Origin: a virus
Taxonomy: Duplodnaviria; Caudoviricetes
DNA length: 52,148 bases
Direction: 5' to 3' (one strand)
Virus record (IMG/VR): IMGVR_UViG_3300020171_000007
Coordinates: 1-52,148 of that record
Each line of letters opens with the position of its first letter. Positions within the stretch are counted from its first letter, which is position 1. The notes beneath the pieces were generated by a model. That model made no database searches. It had not been told where the DNA came from and saw only the letters and a list, made by a program, of their open reading frames with translations. Shown here piece after piece: positions 19,552-28,744 of the stretch. The position numbers were made by a program, and so were the translations under genes.

Positions 19552-19580
19552 TTGACAAATGACTGAAGGTGTGTTATAAT
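19552..19580 (+). promoter_or_regulatory. Strong sigma70-type early promoter
   Basis: TTGACA-17-TATAAT, perfect consensus, extended TG. Confidence 0.8.
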
Positions 19581-19803
19581 GAGCATAATGATAAGAAATG
19601 GCAATTATGCCGAAATAAACTATTGATGAAAGGAGAAAGTGATGAAGTACAAGATGGATTATAAGAAAGGTTGCCAGTGGGTATCAGATCCTATCAACGA
19701 CGCTATGTTGGAGAGTCTTCCCTGTGTGAAGGAGAAGGGAGCAGATGAGAAGACCTGCGCTAAGTGTTCTTTTAAGAAAGTATAGTTTTCAAGGAGAAAG
19801 ATC

Positions 19804-19932
19804 ATGGATAAGAAGGTGTGTTGTGTAACTTGTGGTAAGATGGTGGATGTAAAGACTATAAAGTATGGTGAAGGACAAGTTGCTATATGTCCTTTGTGTG
19901 GGAAACTGGCATATAATAAGAAGGGAGAATAG
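19804..19932 (+). CDS. Small zinc-ribbon-like protein (below ORF track cutoff)
   Basis: AAGGAG RBS; MDKKVCCVTCGK...CPLCGK. Confidence 0.5.
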   Translation: MDKKVCCVTCGKMVDVKTIKYGEGQVAICPLCGKLAYNKKGE

Positions 19933-19934
19933 TT

Positions 19935-20141
19935 ATGAAGATAAGAATTGTAATTGTAGATGTTGGATATTCTACACCTTCAGGTGATTCTCATACAGTC
20001 TGGGCTATACCTTTTGAAAGCCTTAGAAAAGCAAAGGAATATGCTCAGAAGATTAAACAATACTGGGAAAAGAAGAAGATAAACCCAGGTAAACGTTGTC
20101 GTCCTATAACATATAGCAGTGTTCAGGTACAAAAGCATTAG
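19935..20141 (+). CDS. Hypothetical early protein
   Basis: GGGAG RBS, in tandem gene run. Confidence 0.55.
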   Translation: MKIRIVIVDVGYSTPSGDSHTVWAIPFESLRKAKEYAQKIKQYWEKKKINPGKRCRPITYSSVQVQKH

Positions 20142-20333
20142 AAATAAGGGAGGAATAAGTTATGGAATTCATTGCTAAGTTGGATAAGAAAGGCTTTGAT
20201 GGTAAGCGTCAAAGGTACACCTTTCCTAAGATGGACAGAGGATTTGATACGGCTAATGCAGACATAGCCGGAGTCATCTATGTGAAGGTAGGAGTTGAGG
20301 TGCCTGAAGAAATTACTATTGAGTTGAAGTGAA

Positions 20334-20528
20334 ATGGAAAAGACTCGTTATCAAATAACTATCAATTGGCAAGGTGAACTCCACTCATTCTATCGTCATG
20401 CTACTTCAGCCGATCAGGCCTTGAGGTATGCTATTAGGGAACTTGCTCGCAAGGTAGATTATTCAGCGAGGTTTGTTAGGAGCTATGTAATGGATGCTAA
20501 TTCAAGGAGATGGAAGGTAGAGAAATGA
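20334..20528 (+). CDS. Hypothetical early protein
   Basis: ORF in co-directional run. Confidence 0.55.
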   Translation: MEKTRYQITINWQGELHSFYRHATSADQALRYAIRELARKVDYSARFVRSYVMDANSRRWKVEK

Positions 20529-20599
20529 CTAAGCGCACGCTGCGCATCTATTCACTTATTCAGTCGGTCAATAGTTTATTTATTTGAAGGAGAAGGGAA

Positions 20600-20782
20600 A
20601 TGAGAGAGCCTTTGAAGGAAGTATTGATGAGAAGGGATGAGATGACTGAGGGAGAAGCAGATGATATTATTAATAGGGCTAAAGAGGATCTTTATGAGAT
20701 GTTAGAGAAGGGAGAAGATCCTGGAGATATCTGTGAAGACTGGTTTGGGTTAGAGCCAGACTACATAGATGATTTGATGTGA
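20600..20782 (+). CDS. Small acidic hypothetical protein
   Basis: AAGGAG RBS; C-terminal FGLEPDY. Confidence 0.65.
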   Translation: MREPLKEVLMRRDEMTEGEADDIINRAKEDLYEMLEKGEDPGDICEDWFGLEPDYIDDLM

Positions 20783-20786
20783 GTTT

Positions 20787-20801
20787 GTTTAATCATTGAA
20801 C
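20787..20801. promoter_or_regulatory. Dispersed palindrome copy 9
   Basis: GTTTAA TCA TTGAAC. Confidence 0.8.
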
Positions 20802-20834
20802 GAACTAAGCAACTAACGAAAGGAGTAAAAGCTA

Positions 20835-21161
20835 ATGGTTACTAAAGAAGAAGTAGAAGTAGCAAGAGTAGATGCGGAAAGGGCTCATATCAAACTTGGA
20901 TTGGCAAAGGATATATTTAAGAAGGCTGAGGAATGTTACTATGTTAAATCAAAGAGGTTTCGTCAACTTGATTATGAGCTGGCGAAGGTAGATGGGAGAC
21001 TTAAAGTTCTACCGCCGAGTGGAACAAGAATTAAGAAGGAAGTCAAACCAGCCGAGTTATCTCTGGATCAGATCAAGAGTATTATGGAAAAGCTCGGCAT
21101 CACCATCTCTATTGATGAGGGGGAGGAAACTCTGGAGGTAGAGGATGAGAAGGAAGTTTAA
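20835..21161 (+). CDS. Hypothetical protein
   Basis: AAGGAG RBS, coiled-coil character. Confidence 0.6.
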   Translation: MVTKEEVEVARVDAERAHIKLGLAKDIFKKAEECYYVKSKRFRQLDYELAKVDGRLKVLPPSGTRIKKEVKPAELSLDQIKSIMEKLGITISIDEGEETLEVEDEKEV

Positions 21162-21296
21162 TCTAATAGATATGTTTGAGGCTTTTGTGGCAGGCTTTTT
21201 ATCGGCCCTGGCTATTGCCTATTTAATTATTCTACTAAACTAAATCCTGACCTTAGTCTTCGGATTAGGCAGGTGGATTTTAGAAGGGAGAATACT

Positions 21297-21539
21297 ATGA
21301 ATTTCAACTATTGTCATGACCAGTGTAAGCATAACAAGGGAGCCAGACACTATTGGGATGAAACTGTGGATGGCAAGAATGTAAGGAGAAGGAAATCAGA
21401 TGCTTCTAACAAGAAACTCCAATGTGAGCTTGGTTACAGCCAGACTATAGCCAGTCACAAAGCCTTAGTCAATTCGCTTTCTCAAGGCACAAGAATCTGT
21501 GCGAAACTGAAGAAGCTATTTGAAAAGGAGGTGAAATGA
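21297..21539 (+). CDS. Hypothetical Cys-containing protein
   Basis: GGGAG RBS before ATG 21297. Confidence 0.55.
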   Translation: MNFNYCHDQCKHNKGARHYWDETVDGKNVRRRKSDASNKKLQCELGYSQTIASHKALVNSLSQGTRICAKLKKLFEKEVK

Positions 21540-21841
21540 TGCTCAAGCGCCCTATTCCACCTTGGAAGCGCCGAGATCATCTATTTACACCATCTAACAT
21601 AACCAAGCTTGAATTTGCATCTGCGAGGGATAAAGTAGTGAGAAGATTTAGTCTGAAGATAAAGCCGAAACCTCTACCTAACGGCCCTATAAAGCATCTG
21701 ATGAATAATGGAGTTTATCTATGCCTCAGAGCCGAAGAAGAGTTTTATGAAAAGTGTGGTGAAGAGGCCTTAATGTTCTCGGGACCTCAGTTGCCTAAGA
21801 ATAGGTCTGGAGAACCTGATCAATTTTACTTGGAGGGTTAG
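21536..21841 (+). CDS. Hypothetical protein
   Basis: AGGAGG RBS, ATGA overlap. Confidence 0.55.
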   Translation: MMLKRPIPPWKRRDHLFTPSNITKLEFASARDKVVRRFSLKIKPKPLPNGPIKHLMNNGVYLCLRAEEEFYEKCGEEALMFSGPQLPKNRSGEPDQFYLEG

Positions 21842-22086
21842 AACTATGATTCACATCTGTAAGAGGTTCAAAACAGTCTTAAAGAGAAAAAAGATTAGAT
21901 ATATAGTAGCTTGTAGAGAATGTGGAAAGAAGCGGCTTCTTATATCAATGCATAGCTTAGCAAAGCCAAAGCATTCTCTTCCTATATAAATGAATAACTT
22001 GGATCAAATGTACCAAAATACACCTTTACTTTTGGTTGTAGGTGTGTTATATGTATTATAACAAATCATCAAATACCGAGGACTAT

Positions 22087-22518
22087 ATGCAAGGACAAGA
22101 TCCAAATAATACTGATGCAAAGAGATTCTGGTCTAAGGTAGATATTAAAGGCCCAGATGACTGCTGGAATTGGAAAGCGGCTTTAAGAGGAGAATACGGA
22201 AGTTTCTATCTTACAAGAATAGAACGATATGCACATAGAGCTGCTTGGATACTTACTAATGGAGAGATCCCTAAAGGTATGGACGTACTTCATAAGTGTG
22301 ATAATAAAAAGTGTGTTAATCCTAATCATCTTTATGTAGGAACTCAAGTTGATAATTGGAGAGACATAAAAGAAAGGTTATCTTATAATCTTAAAAAACG
22401 CTCACCAGAGGAAATAGAGCAAATAAGAGATTTAAGAAGCCATAAATTTACCTTATGTGAAATAGGAGAATTATTTAATATCCACCATTCTACAGTAATA
22501 AACTATTGTAGGCAGTAA
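22087..22518 (+). CDS. HNH endonuclease with C-terminal HTH
   Basis: RFWSKV, CWNWK, AHRAAW, VLHKCDNKKCVNPNHL...N; GAGG RBS before ATG 22087. Confidence 0.9.
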   Translation: MQGQDPNNTDAKRFWSKVDIKGPDDCWNWKAALRGEYGSFYLTRIERYAHRAAWILTNGEIPKGMDVLHKCDNKKCVNPNHLYVGTQVDNWRDIKERLSYNLKKRSPEEIEQIRDLRSHKFTLCEIGELFNIHHSTVINYCRQ

Positions 22519-22631
22519 CCACAACAGGAAAAGATTTAGTCATTAAGTTACGAAAAATGAAAGGAGGAAAAGCCATGCGTACCTAGTTCTATCCCTATAC
22601 TCAATCACCTCAGTCATTGTTTCCCGAGTTC

Positions 22632-22646
22632 GTTTAACAATTAAAC
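22632..22646. promoter_or_regulatory. Dispersed palindrome copy 10
   Basis: GTTTAA CAA TTAAAC. Confidence 0.85.
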
Positions 22647-22684
22647 GATCTCACTAACCCTCTTTATTGAAAGGAGATTTTAAG

Positions 22685-23068
22685 ATGGAAAAGCTCATTA
22701 TCGAAGCGAAGGTTCCAGAGAAGAAGGAAGGCGACAAGGTTGTTAGGAAGCAGATCGGGCCGGTTCAGATCTCTGTCGAGACTGGATCTACAGCGGCTGA
22801 GATGATCCAGCTGTTCGGCGACAAGGCGGTCAAAAGCAACGCCGATGCAAACTGGACGGTCACTATCCAGAGCAACATCCGTGCCAGGTTGCTCAAGGGT
22901 GAGAGCGCTGAGACTATTCAAGCCGGTCTCGGTCAGGCCAAGCTCGGTATCGCAGTGAAGGGTGCCAAGGTCGATCCGATCCAGGCCTACATGGCTATGT
23001 TCGCTACGGCAACTCCCGAGCGCCAGAAGGAGATGCTGAAGGAGCTGGCTGCGAAGGCTGCGAAGTAA
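22685..23068 (+). CDS. Hypothetical protein, probably abundant
   Basis: AAGGAG RBS; GC3-rich codon usage like the capsid gene; Lys/Ala-rich. Confidence 0.7.
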   Translation: MEKLIIEAKVPEKKEGDKVVRKQIGPVQISVETGSTAAEMIQLFGDKAVKSNADANWTVTIQSNIRARLLKGESAETIQAGLGQAKLGIAVKGAKVDPIQAYMAMFATATPERQKEMLKELAAKAAK

Positions 23069-23125
23069 CATTCTCAGATCTCAATGGGGCGGCTTGTATA
23101 GCGCCCCAATACTAAGGAGGAAGTT

Positions 23126-23410
23126 ATGAGTATGAATAACATAGAAAAAACTGCAAAAGAATCCTCAGCATCCAGACTTCTAGCTTCCTTTGAAGAGCTT
23201 TCAAGAAAAGCTCAGGAGATAGCTGCTATAGTTGAGGACAGAACTGAGAGTGTTACAGACACAAGACCAGTACCAACAGACAAAGAAAAAGACAAAAATG
23301 AGGTAGAATCATACCTTCCCTCGTTGTTTGAGCGCCTCAGGGAGTCTGCATGGGCTATTGATGCGGCTCTAAATAAAATCTCAGATATCATGCGAAGACT
23401 GGAGCTGTAG
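23126..23410 (+). CDS. Hypothetical protein
   Basis: AAGGAGG RBS. Confidence 0.6.
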   Translation: MSMNNIEKTAKESSASRLLASFEELSRKAQEIAAIVEDRTESVTDTRPVPTDKEKDKNEVESYLPSLFERLRESAWAIDAALNKISDIMRRLEL

Positions 23411-23575
23411 TTATTCCTCTTCATCGAATCCTCCAGGCCACAGGGCGCCTTCAGATCGCAACTGCGCCAGTTTGATCTGGCTGAATGTAACCTGTTAAAG
23501 TCTGGAGGGTTCTTTTGAAGTGACAATGTACAGTCTCTCACTATGACGCAACCAAAATGAAAGAGAGCAAAAGCT

Positions 23576-24418
23576 ATGCCTGAGTATCAGCGCTGGAAAG
23601 GAATAATGAAGTGCTATCCATTCTCTGAAGAACGCTTAGCAAAATGGACTCCTCCATACATAGTCCAACCTAAATACGATGGTGTCCGCTGTCGTGCTAT
23701 ACCTCTTGAAACCTCAGCCGATCGCGGCTTCATGTTACTATCAAGTGAAGAGAATGTAGTCTTTGGGACTCCTCATCTTAATATCATCCTTATGACATTA
23801 GGTCTTCGTGGTGAACTGGATGGAGAACTATACTGCCACGGTATGTCCTTTGAAGAAATACTATCTATCACTTCTCGTTCAGTCAATCTCCATCCAGATC
23901 ATAGAAGGATCCAGTTTCACTGCTTCGACATCATCAATGACCAACCTCAGATGAAGAGGCAGTTGATTATTGAGAATCTTCGTGGTCTAAGTCCCTGGAT
24001 TCAGGTGGCTCCATTCTGGCTTTGTAGTGATCTTAGTGATGTGAAGGAGACCTATGATAAGATTATTAAACTTGGTTATGAAGGAATTATAGTTCGTCAC
24101 CAGCTTGCGCCATATGAAGTTAAGCGATCACTCTGGGTGATGAAATTCAAACCTAAACGACAGGATATTTATAAAATAGTCGGGTGGAATGAAGAAGTCT
24201 CTATCAACGGTACACCTAAGGGCCGGATTGGTTCTTTAGTATTCTCCAGTCAAACAGATGATATCTTTAGTGTCAGTGCTGGATTAAATGATGATAGTAA
24301 AGCAAAGCTCTGGATTATTCGTGAGGAGTTAGCAGGGAAGAGTGCGATAGTTCATTATCAGCATTTGACAGATAGGAAGATTCCTAAAGGATGTTTTAAC
24401 TTAGAAATTATTGACTAA
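23576..24418 (+). CDS. lig: ATP-dependent DNA ligase
   Basis: QPKYDGVR (motif I), LDGEL, FDI, EGIIVR, KFK, OB-fold tail. Confidence 0.9.
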   Translation: MPEYQRWKGIMKCYPFSEERLAKWTPPYIVQPKYDGVRCRAIPLETSADRGFMLLSSEENVVFGTPHLNIILMTLGLRGELDGELYCHGMSFEEILSITSRSVNLHPDHRRIQFHCFDIINDQPQMKRQLIIENLRGLSPWIQVAPFWLCSDLSDVKETYDKIIKLGYEGIIVRHQLAPYEVKRSLWVMKFKPKRQDIYKIVGWNEEVSINGTPKGRIGSLVFSSQTDDIFSVSAGLNDDSKAKLWIIREELAGKSAIVHYQHLTDRKIPKGCFNLEIID

Positions 24419-24434
24419 AGAAAGGAGTAAGAAA

Positions 24435-24818
24435 ATGAACAGATCATTCTATGTAGCAGGCGTCCAATTTAGACCTCGGGGTGAGATTGACAAAGCTGTG
24501 AGGGAAATGAAGGTTGGTGATAAGCTTGGACTTTATCCAGAGCCAACTAACAAGTTCGATCCGAACGCTGTTAAGATCTTATTTGAACCGGCAGATGGCC
24601 CAGGAGATGTAATATTCTTAGGATATGTTCCGAAGAAGTTTTCTTCTGAAGTAACAGCTATGATGGAGATAGGTGCTGATATTGAGTGCATAGTTGAAAT
24701 AGCTGATCCTGCAGCCAAGACCTATGAGATGATTAAGGTGGTTATTAGAGAGGTCTCAGACGAAGCCGATGAAGATGAAGATGATCACTTTGATTGTACC
24801 TCTGAAGGGAGCTTATGA
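24435..24818 (+). CDS. HIRAN domain protein
   Basis: FYVAGVQFR, EPTNKFDPNAVKI, LGYVPK. Confidence 0.88.
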   Translation: MNRSFYVAGVQFRPRGEIDKAVREMKVGDKLGLYPEPTNKFDPNAVKILFEPADGPGDVIFLGYVPKKFSSEVTAMMEIGADIECIVEIADPAAKTYEMIKVVIREVSDEADEDEDDHFDCTSEGSL

Positions 24819-25216
24819 TGAAACTCTACTGTGCAAACTGTGGAAAGCGACTGCAGATTACCAGGATAGCACTCCCTAAGTACTCAACAATAGTTGATGC
24901 TGCCCAGTGGCATGAGTGCTCAGCCGATATCATCCCTATCGAACTTCAGACTAACGAGTTTGCTCCAATCAAAGAGGGAAAAGATAAGTTTGTTCAATCA
25001 TTAAACGATCTTAGACCCTTAAGATCTGTTCCAATTTCTGAAGGCAAAGTAATCAGACCATCTTCAATGACTGGAACCGACACTCTCCGAGATCAACGAG
25101 TTGGTCTTGAGGATCAGCCCAAATCCTCTGCACCCACCTCTGTCTTATCAATGATAGAGAGAATGCATCCTACTGAACCTGCCAATGAGCTGAATGAACC
25201 TGAAAGTGGGGAATGA
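24815..25216 (+). CDS. Hypothetical protein with N-terminal CxxC
   Basis: YCANCG...HEC; overlaps HIRAN stop. Confidence 0.6.
   Translation: MMKLYCANCGKRLQITRIALPKYSTIVDAAQWHECSADIIPIELQTNEFAPIKEGKDKFVQSLNDLRPLRSVPISEGKVIRPSSMTGTDTLRDQRVGLEDQPKSSAPTSVLSMIERMHPTEPANELNEPESGE
24992..25006. promoter_or_regulatory. Dispersed palindrome copy 11 (intragenic)
   Basis: GTTCAA TCA TTAAAC with AGTTT/GATCT flanks inside ORF 24815. Confidence 0.8.
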
Positions 25217-25219
25217 GTT

Positions 25220-25507
25220 ATGAAGGTCTTTATTGTTAATAAGAGTGCACACGACTTTGGGCCGGCTGAAAAGTATGGAGAAGTGGTATTTCTCTCAGAA
25301 GGCTCGATGAACAGATACGCGACCAACTCCATGATTAGACAGTTTGGAGACATCATGAAGGACTCCTCACCTGATGATAAGATAGTGCCGTGTAGCTTGA
25401 ACGTGATGAACTCTGTAGCTTGTGCGATATTCGCTCATAAACATGGGAGGCTTAATTTGCTTCTGTTTAAGGACGGTCTCTATATTGAGAGAAACCATGT
25501 ACTCTAA
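25220..25507 (+). CDS. Hypothetical protein (small alpha/beta fold)
   Basis: KVFIVNKSAHDFGPAEKYGE; in gene run. Confidence 0.6.
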   Translation: MKVFIVNKSAHDFGPAEKYGEVVFLSEGSMNRYATNSMIRQFGDIMKDSSPDDKIVPCSLNVMNSVACAIFAHKHGRLNLLLFKDGLYIERNHVL

Positions 25508-25523
25508 TGAAAGGAGAATGAAA

Positions 25524-25685
25524 ATGATAAGCGAAAGAACTTTACGAAATTGGAGAAGGGGTGCACTCAAAGGTAAGGATACCTTGGAGCTTGTGGAAAT
25601 GATAAAGTATGTGGATACAAGTAATGAGCGCATCCTTCGGCTGACTCAAGACTTACTAGACCTTCACCTAATACGAAAGGGGTAA
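25524..25685 (+). CDS. Hypothetical protein
   Basis: AAGGAG RBS; ISERTLRNWR. Confidence 0.5.
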   Translation: MISERTLRNWRRGALKGKDTLELVEMIKYVDTSNERILRLTQDLLDLHLIRKG

Positions 25686-25690
25686 AAACT

Positions 25691-25879
25691 ATGGACTACA
25701 TTGAAGAAGAGTATCTCGATGATGGACTCTATGCTGCTTATGATGGTTATCAGATTATCTTAGCTGCAAATGATAAAGTGAGTGGCAAACCTACTGACCA
25801 AGTAGCTCTCGATCCTGGAGTAGTTATTACCTTCATAGAATATGTAAAGTGTCTGAGGAAGAAAGGAATTCCTATATGA
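25691..25879 (+). CDS. Hypothetical protein
   Basis: YLDDGLYAAYDGYQI; RBS AAAGGGG. Confidence 0.6.
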   Translation: MDYIEEEYLDDGLYAAYDGYQIILAANDKVSGKPTDQVALDPGVVITFIEYVKCLRKKGIPI

Positions 25880-26877
25880 ACTTCCCTCTCCCTTCTCATC
25901 CCTCATGGGACATAAAGGACTCATCAAAGCTTGATAGCTATCTCCAATGCCCTCGTTACTATCTCTATCGCTATCTATTCGGCTGGACCTTGGACCTTCC
26001 AGCTCATGATCTTATCTTCGGAGATGCTTTTCACCGAGCTCGTGAGCACCAGTTATTGTTCGGCTATGATGATATACCTGGAGCCTGGAATGCTTTCATG
26101 GCTGTCTATAGAAAGGAATTCGATCCTCCTTCAGACCCAATCTACAGACCTAAAGATCCTACAGCCGTTCTCGGTGCTTTACAGAAGTTCGCTCAAGAAC
26201 ACAGCCACGATCTAGTCGATAATAAGATAGTTAGTCTTGACGGTCAGAAGATGACGGAAATAGCCGGAACCGTCCCTGTTGATGATAAGCGAGTCCTCCA
26301 CTATCGAATGGACTCTATCATGCAGCGCTGTGAAGATGGCATGATCTTCAGTTGGGATCATAAGACTACATCAGGCAAGTGGATTCATGACACTCGCTGG
26401 GACCAGGAACTATACCTTTCAATCCAGAACGGTACCTACACTCATTGCCTCTACTGCATGTTTCCAGTTGAACAAGTCCTCGGTGTGGAGTTTGTGAAGA
26501 CGGGATTTGAATATCTGAACAAAGGAAGCGCTAATCGTCCAGCTGGGTATCATGCAACTATTCGTCCTATCCAAGCGTTCAAGAATCCAGAGCAGATGAA
26601 TACCTGGCTTTGGAATGTTAATACTAGATTAGATGAGATCGAAAGAGATATGGATCGGCTGAGTCATTGTTCTGAGAATGATGATGTCTTGATGGCATTC
26701 CCTATGAATCCAAGATCTTGTACAAGTTATCGTGGATGCGAGTTTCATGACTTCTGTTTGACTTGGCAGAATCCATTGAGGAGATGTTATGAGCCTCCGC
26801 TGGGATTTATTGAGAAGTTCTGGAATCCGGCGGAGAGAGAAGCGACGGTGAAGAAAGACTTAAGATTTCAAATGTGA
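25876..26877 (+). CDS. PD-(D/E)XK exonuclease (RecB/Cas4-like)
   Basis: SSKLDSYLQCPR, G..FH, D...DHKT, C-terminal C..C..C cluster. Confidence 0.82.
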   Translation: MNFPLPSHPSWDIKDSSKLDSYLQCPRYYLYRYLFGWTLDLPAHDLIFGDAFHRAREHQLLFGYDDIPGAWNAFMAVYRKEFDPPSDPIYRPKDPTAVLGALQKFAQEHSHDLVDNKIVSLDGQKMTEIAGTVPVDDKRVLHYRMDSIMQRCEDGMIFSWDHKTTSGKWIHDTRWDQELYLSIQNGTYTHCLYCMFPVEQVLGVEFVKTGFEYLNKGSANRPAGYHATIRPIQAFKNPEQMNTWLWNVNTRLDEIERDMDRLSHCSENDDVLMAFPMNPRSCTSYRGCEFHDFCLTWQNPLRRCYEPPLGFIEKFWNPAEREATVKKDLRFQM

Positions 26878-26887
26878 GGAACTCAAC

Positions 26888-27103
26888 ATGAACTGGAAAC
26901 CTGAATCAAAGCGTAAACTTTGGGCTATGAAACGAAACTGGCTCATTAAAAGACTTCGTGGTGCTCACTCTATATTCTCAGGTGAGGGTATGGAGTTTAT
27001 AAGGACACTAATTCCTAAAGAGGAATGGGTTCTTCTTAATACCCTTAATAGTGGTATAGGAAGATTAGTAAATAAAGTATCAGAAAGTAAATGGAAGGAG
27101 TAA
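26888..27103 (+). CDS. Hypothetical protein
   Basis: GAGG RBS. Confidence 0.5.
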   Translation: MNWKPESKRKLWAMKRNWLIKRLRGAHSIFSGEGMEFIRTLIPKEEWVLLNTLNSGIGRLVNKVSESKWKE

Positions 27104-27108
27104 AAGCA

Positions 27109-27288
27109 ATGACCTCAGAAATCAAACAACTAATAGAGTGGATAGCAGAAAAATCAGAAGGTGAATCTGCTTTTCTTACCTCATTTCCTGTATGGAATAT
27201 AAACTCCCATGCATTATTAGATGAGATAGTTAATATATTTAATCTATCAAAAGAAGAAGTAGGCAAGATAGTAAATAAGGAGGTATAA
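27109..27288 (+). CDS. Hypothetical protein
   Basis: AAGGAG RBS before ATG 27109. Confidence 0.5.
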   Translation: MTSEIKQLIEWIAEKSEGESAFLTSFPVWNINSHALLDEIVNIFNLSKEEVGKIVNKEV

Positions 27289-27289
27289 A

Positions 27290-28105
27290 ATGCCTTACGA
27301 TGCACAAGCTGAACTAAACAGAGTCCGTGATTACTACAAAGGTGACCCTCTTCAAAAGCGCTTCAGTGTTCTGCTCTGTGGAGAGACTAATGCCGGCAAA
27401 ACCTTTACACTAAGAACAGCCCGCAAGCCTATCCATATAGATTCATTCGACCCTGGCGGAACAAAATGCTTGCGTGATCTCATAGATTCAGGCGATGTAG
27501 TCGCTGACACACGCTATGAAAACGATGATCCTTTTTCACCTGGCGCTTATGCTGACTGGAAGAAAGCTACTGACATCAGATTCCAAATCGGCTACTTCAA
27601 ACAGTTCGGAACGTATTGCTTAGATTCCGCTACCACCTTTGGCATGGCTGTCATGAACTATGGTCTTGCAGGAAAGAGCCGGGCTGGTGAAGCTCCTCAG
27701 ATGCGCATTGACTATGTTCCTCAGAAGACTGAGATGACTAATTATTTCAGAAAACTGATGAACATCGGCTGTGACTTTATTCTCACTGGCCATCTTCGTG
27801 AGATAAAGAAATTGATTAGCATGGATACAAAGACTGGTATAGCAAGAGAAGAAATCAAGTATCGTTTCTATACCACCGGCCAAGCTGTAATTACTATCCC
27901 TTTACTATTCGATGAGATCTATGTTATCGTTGGGAAGGAAGGTAGGGATGGTCCAGTGCGTGAGATGCTTATTGATTCTCTTGGTACCTACATAGCCCGA
28001 TCAAGGCTAAAATCAAAGGGATTACTCAATGCTATTGAACCGCCTGATATTAAGGCTTTATTGAAAAAGGCTGGATTTGATCCCCAAGATAAACCTAGAT
28101 TATAG
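27290..28105 (+). CDS. Sak4-like AAA/RecA-fold ATPase (recombination)
   Basis: GETNAGKT Walker A, CLDSAT Walker B, ILTGH, FDEI; near exonuclease. Confidence 0.8.
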   Translation: MPYDAQAELNRVRDYYKGDPLQKRFSVLLCGETNAGKTFTLRTARKPIHIDSFDPGGTKCLRDLIDSGDVVADTRYENDDPFSPGAYADWKKATDIRFQIGYFKQFGTYCLDSATTFGMAVMNYGLAGKSRAGEAPQMRIDYVPQKTEMTNYFRKLMNIGCDFILTGHLREIKKLISMDTKTGIAREEIKYRFYTTGQAVITIPLLFDEIYVIVGKEGRDGPVREMLIDSLGTYIARSRLKSKGLLNAIEPPDIKALLKKAGFDPQDKPRL

Positions 28106-28116
28106 TTTCCGAGTTC

Positions 28117-28131
28117 GTTTAATCATTAAAC
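28117..28131. promoter_or_regulatory. Dispersed palindrome copy 12
   Basis: GTTTAA TCA TTAAAC. Confidence 0.85.
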
Positions 28132-28147
28132 AATCTGGAGGTTCTCT

Positions 28148-28363
28148 ATGATTGACTGGAGGAAGCCAAAGCAGCGGCGCCGGGACGAGCTTCACGGAAA
28201 AGTGGACTGGAAACGGGCAAGGGCAAAGTTCTGGACGGTTTGCTGTTTCACCGTCTTCGCCTCCCTCATGTTTCTTGCAGGGGCGATCTACGAATCAATC
28301 CAGCCTATTCATAAGGCGAAGATCTGGAATCAGTATGAGAGTTCACGGATAACGGGACATTAG
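28148..28363 (+). CDS. Small membrane protein
   Basis: GGAGG RBS; one hydrophobic helix. Confidence 0.5.
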   Translation: MIDWRKPKQRRRDELHGKVDWKRARAKFWTVCCFTVFASLMFLAGAIYESIQPIHKAKIWNQYESSRITGH

Positions 28364-28382
28364 CCATCGGACCTGTTCTTTG

Positions 28383-28538
28383 AAAGCCGTGTTCTTAAAA
28401 AGACGACAAAGGCATGGGGATTCGCCAAGAACCATGTACGCCTTATAGTACGCTAAATTGGCTATTGACTATAAGGATGTAACAAATCGTCACCTCTGGC
28501 GAGAGGAAACCGGAGACAAGAGCTTCGGGCATGGCTTT
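28383..28538 (+). ncRNA. Predicted multibranched structured RNA
   Basis: Closing stem AAAGCCGTGTTC/GGGCATGGCTTT; inner GACGA/TCGTC, CATGG/CCATG, CCTTATAGT/ACTATAAGG. Confidence 0.45.
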
Positions 28539-28554
28539 CTTATTATGCTCTTTG

Positions 28555-28725
28555 AAAGGTTATCATGCGGCGTTGAAGGAAACGCTAATCCAATAGCTGT
28601 CGGTTTAGGCCCGATAGCGTCCAGAGTCCTACTGGTGGGTCGCAGGATGAATGTCAGGAGTTGGGAAAAGCGAACCCAATATAGCTCCCGATAGCTGGTA
28701 CTCAAGCCCAGCCATGATGACCTTT
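28555..28725 (+). ncRNA. tRNA-like RNA with anticodon arm replaced by several hairpins
   Basis: Acceptor-like GGTTATCATG/CATGATGACC, D-like GCGTT-GAAGGA-AACGC, T-like GCTGG-TACTCAAGC-CCAGC. Confidence 0.5.
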
Positions 28726-28744
28726 TTTAAAAAGGAGTAATGAA

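Noticed and set aside
22664-23071. 135-aa minus-strand ORF
   Set aside because: Mirror of the RBS-supported plus-strand gene
25876-26877. Cas4 as evidence of CRISPR-Cas
   Set aside because: Stand-alone PD-(D/E)XK nuclease in a recombination module, common in phages
28458-28705. Short ORFs on both strands
   Set aside because: No RBS, weak starts; region better explained by RNA structure
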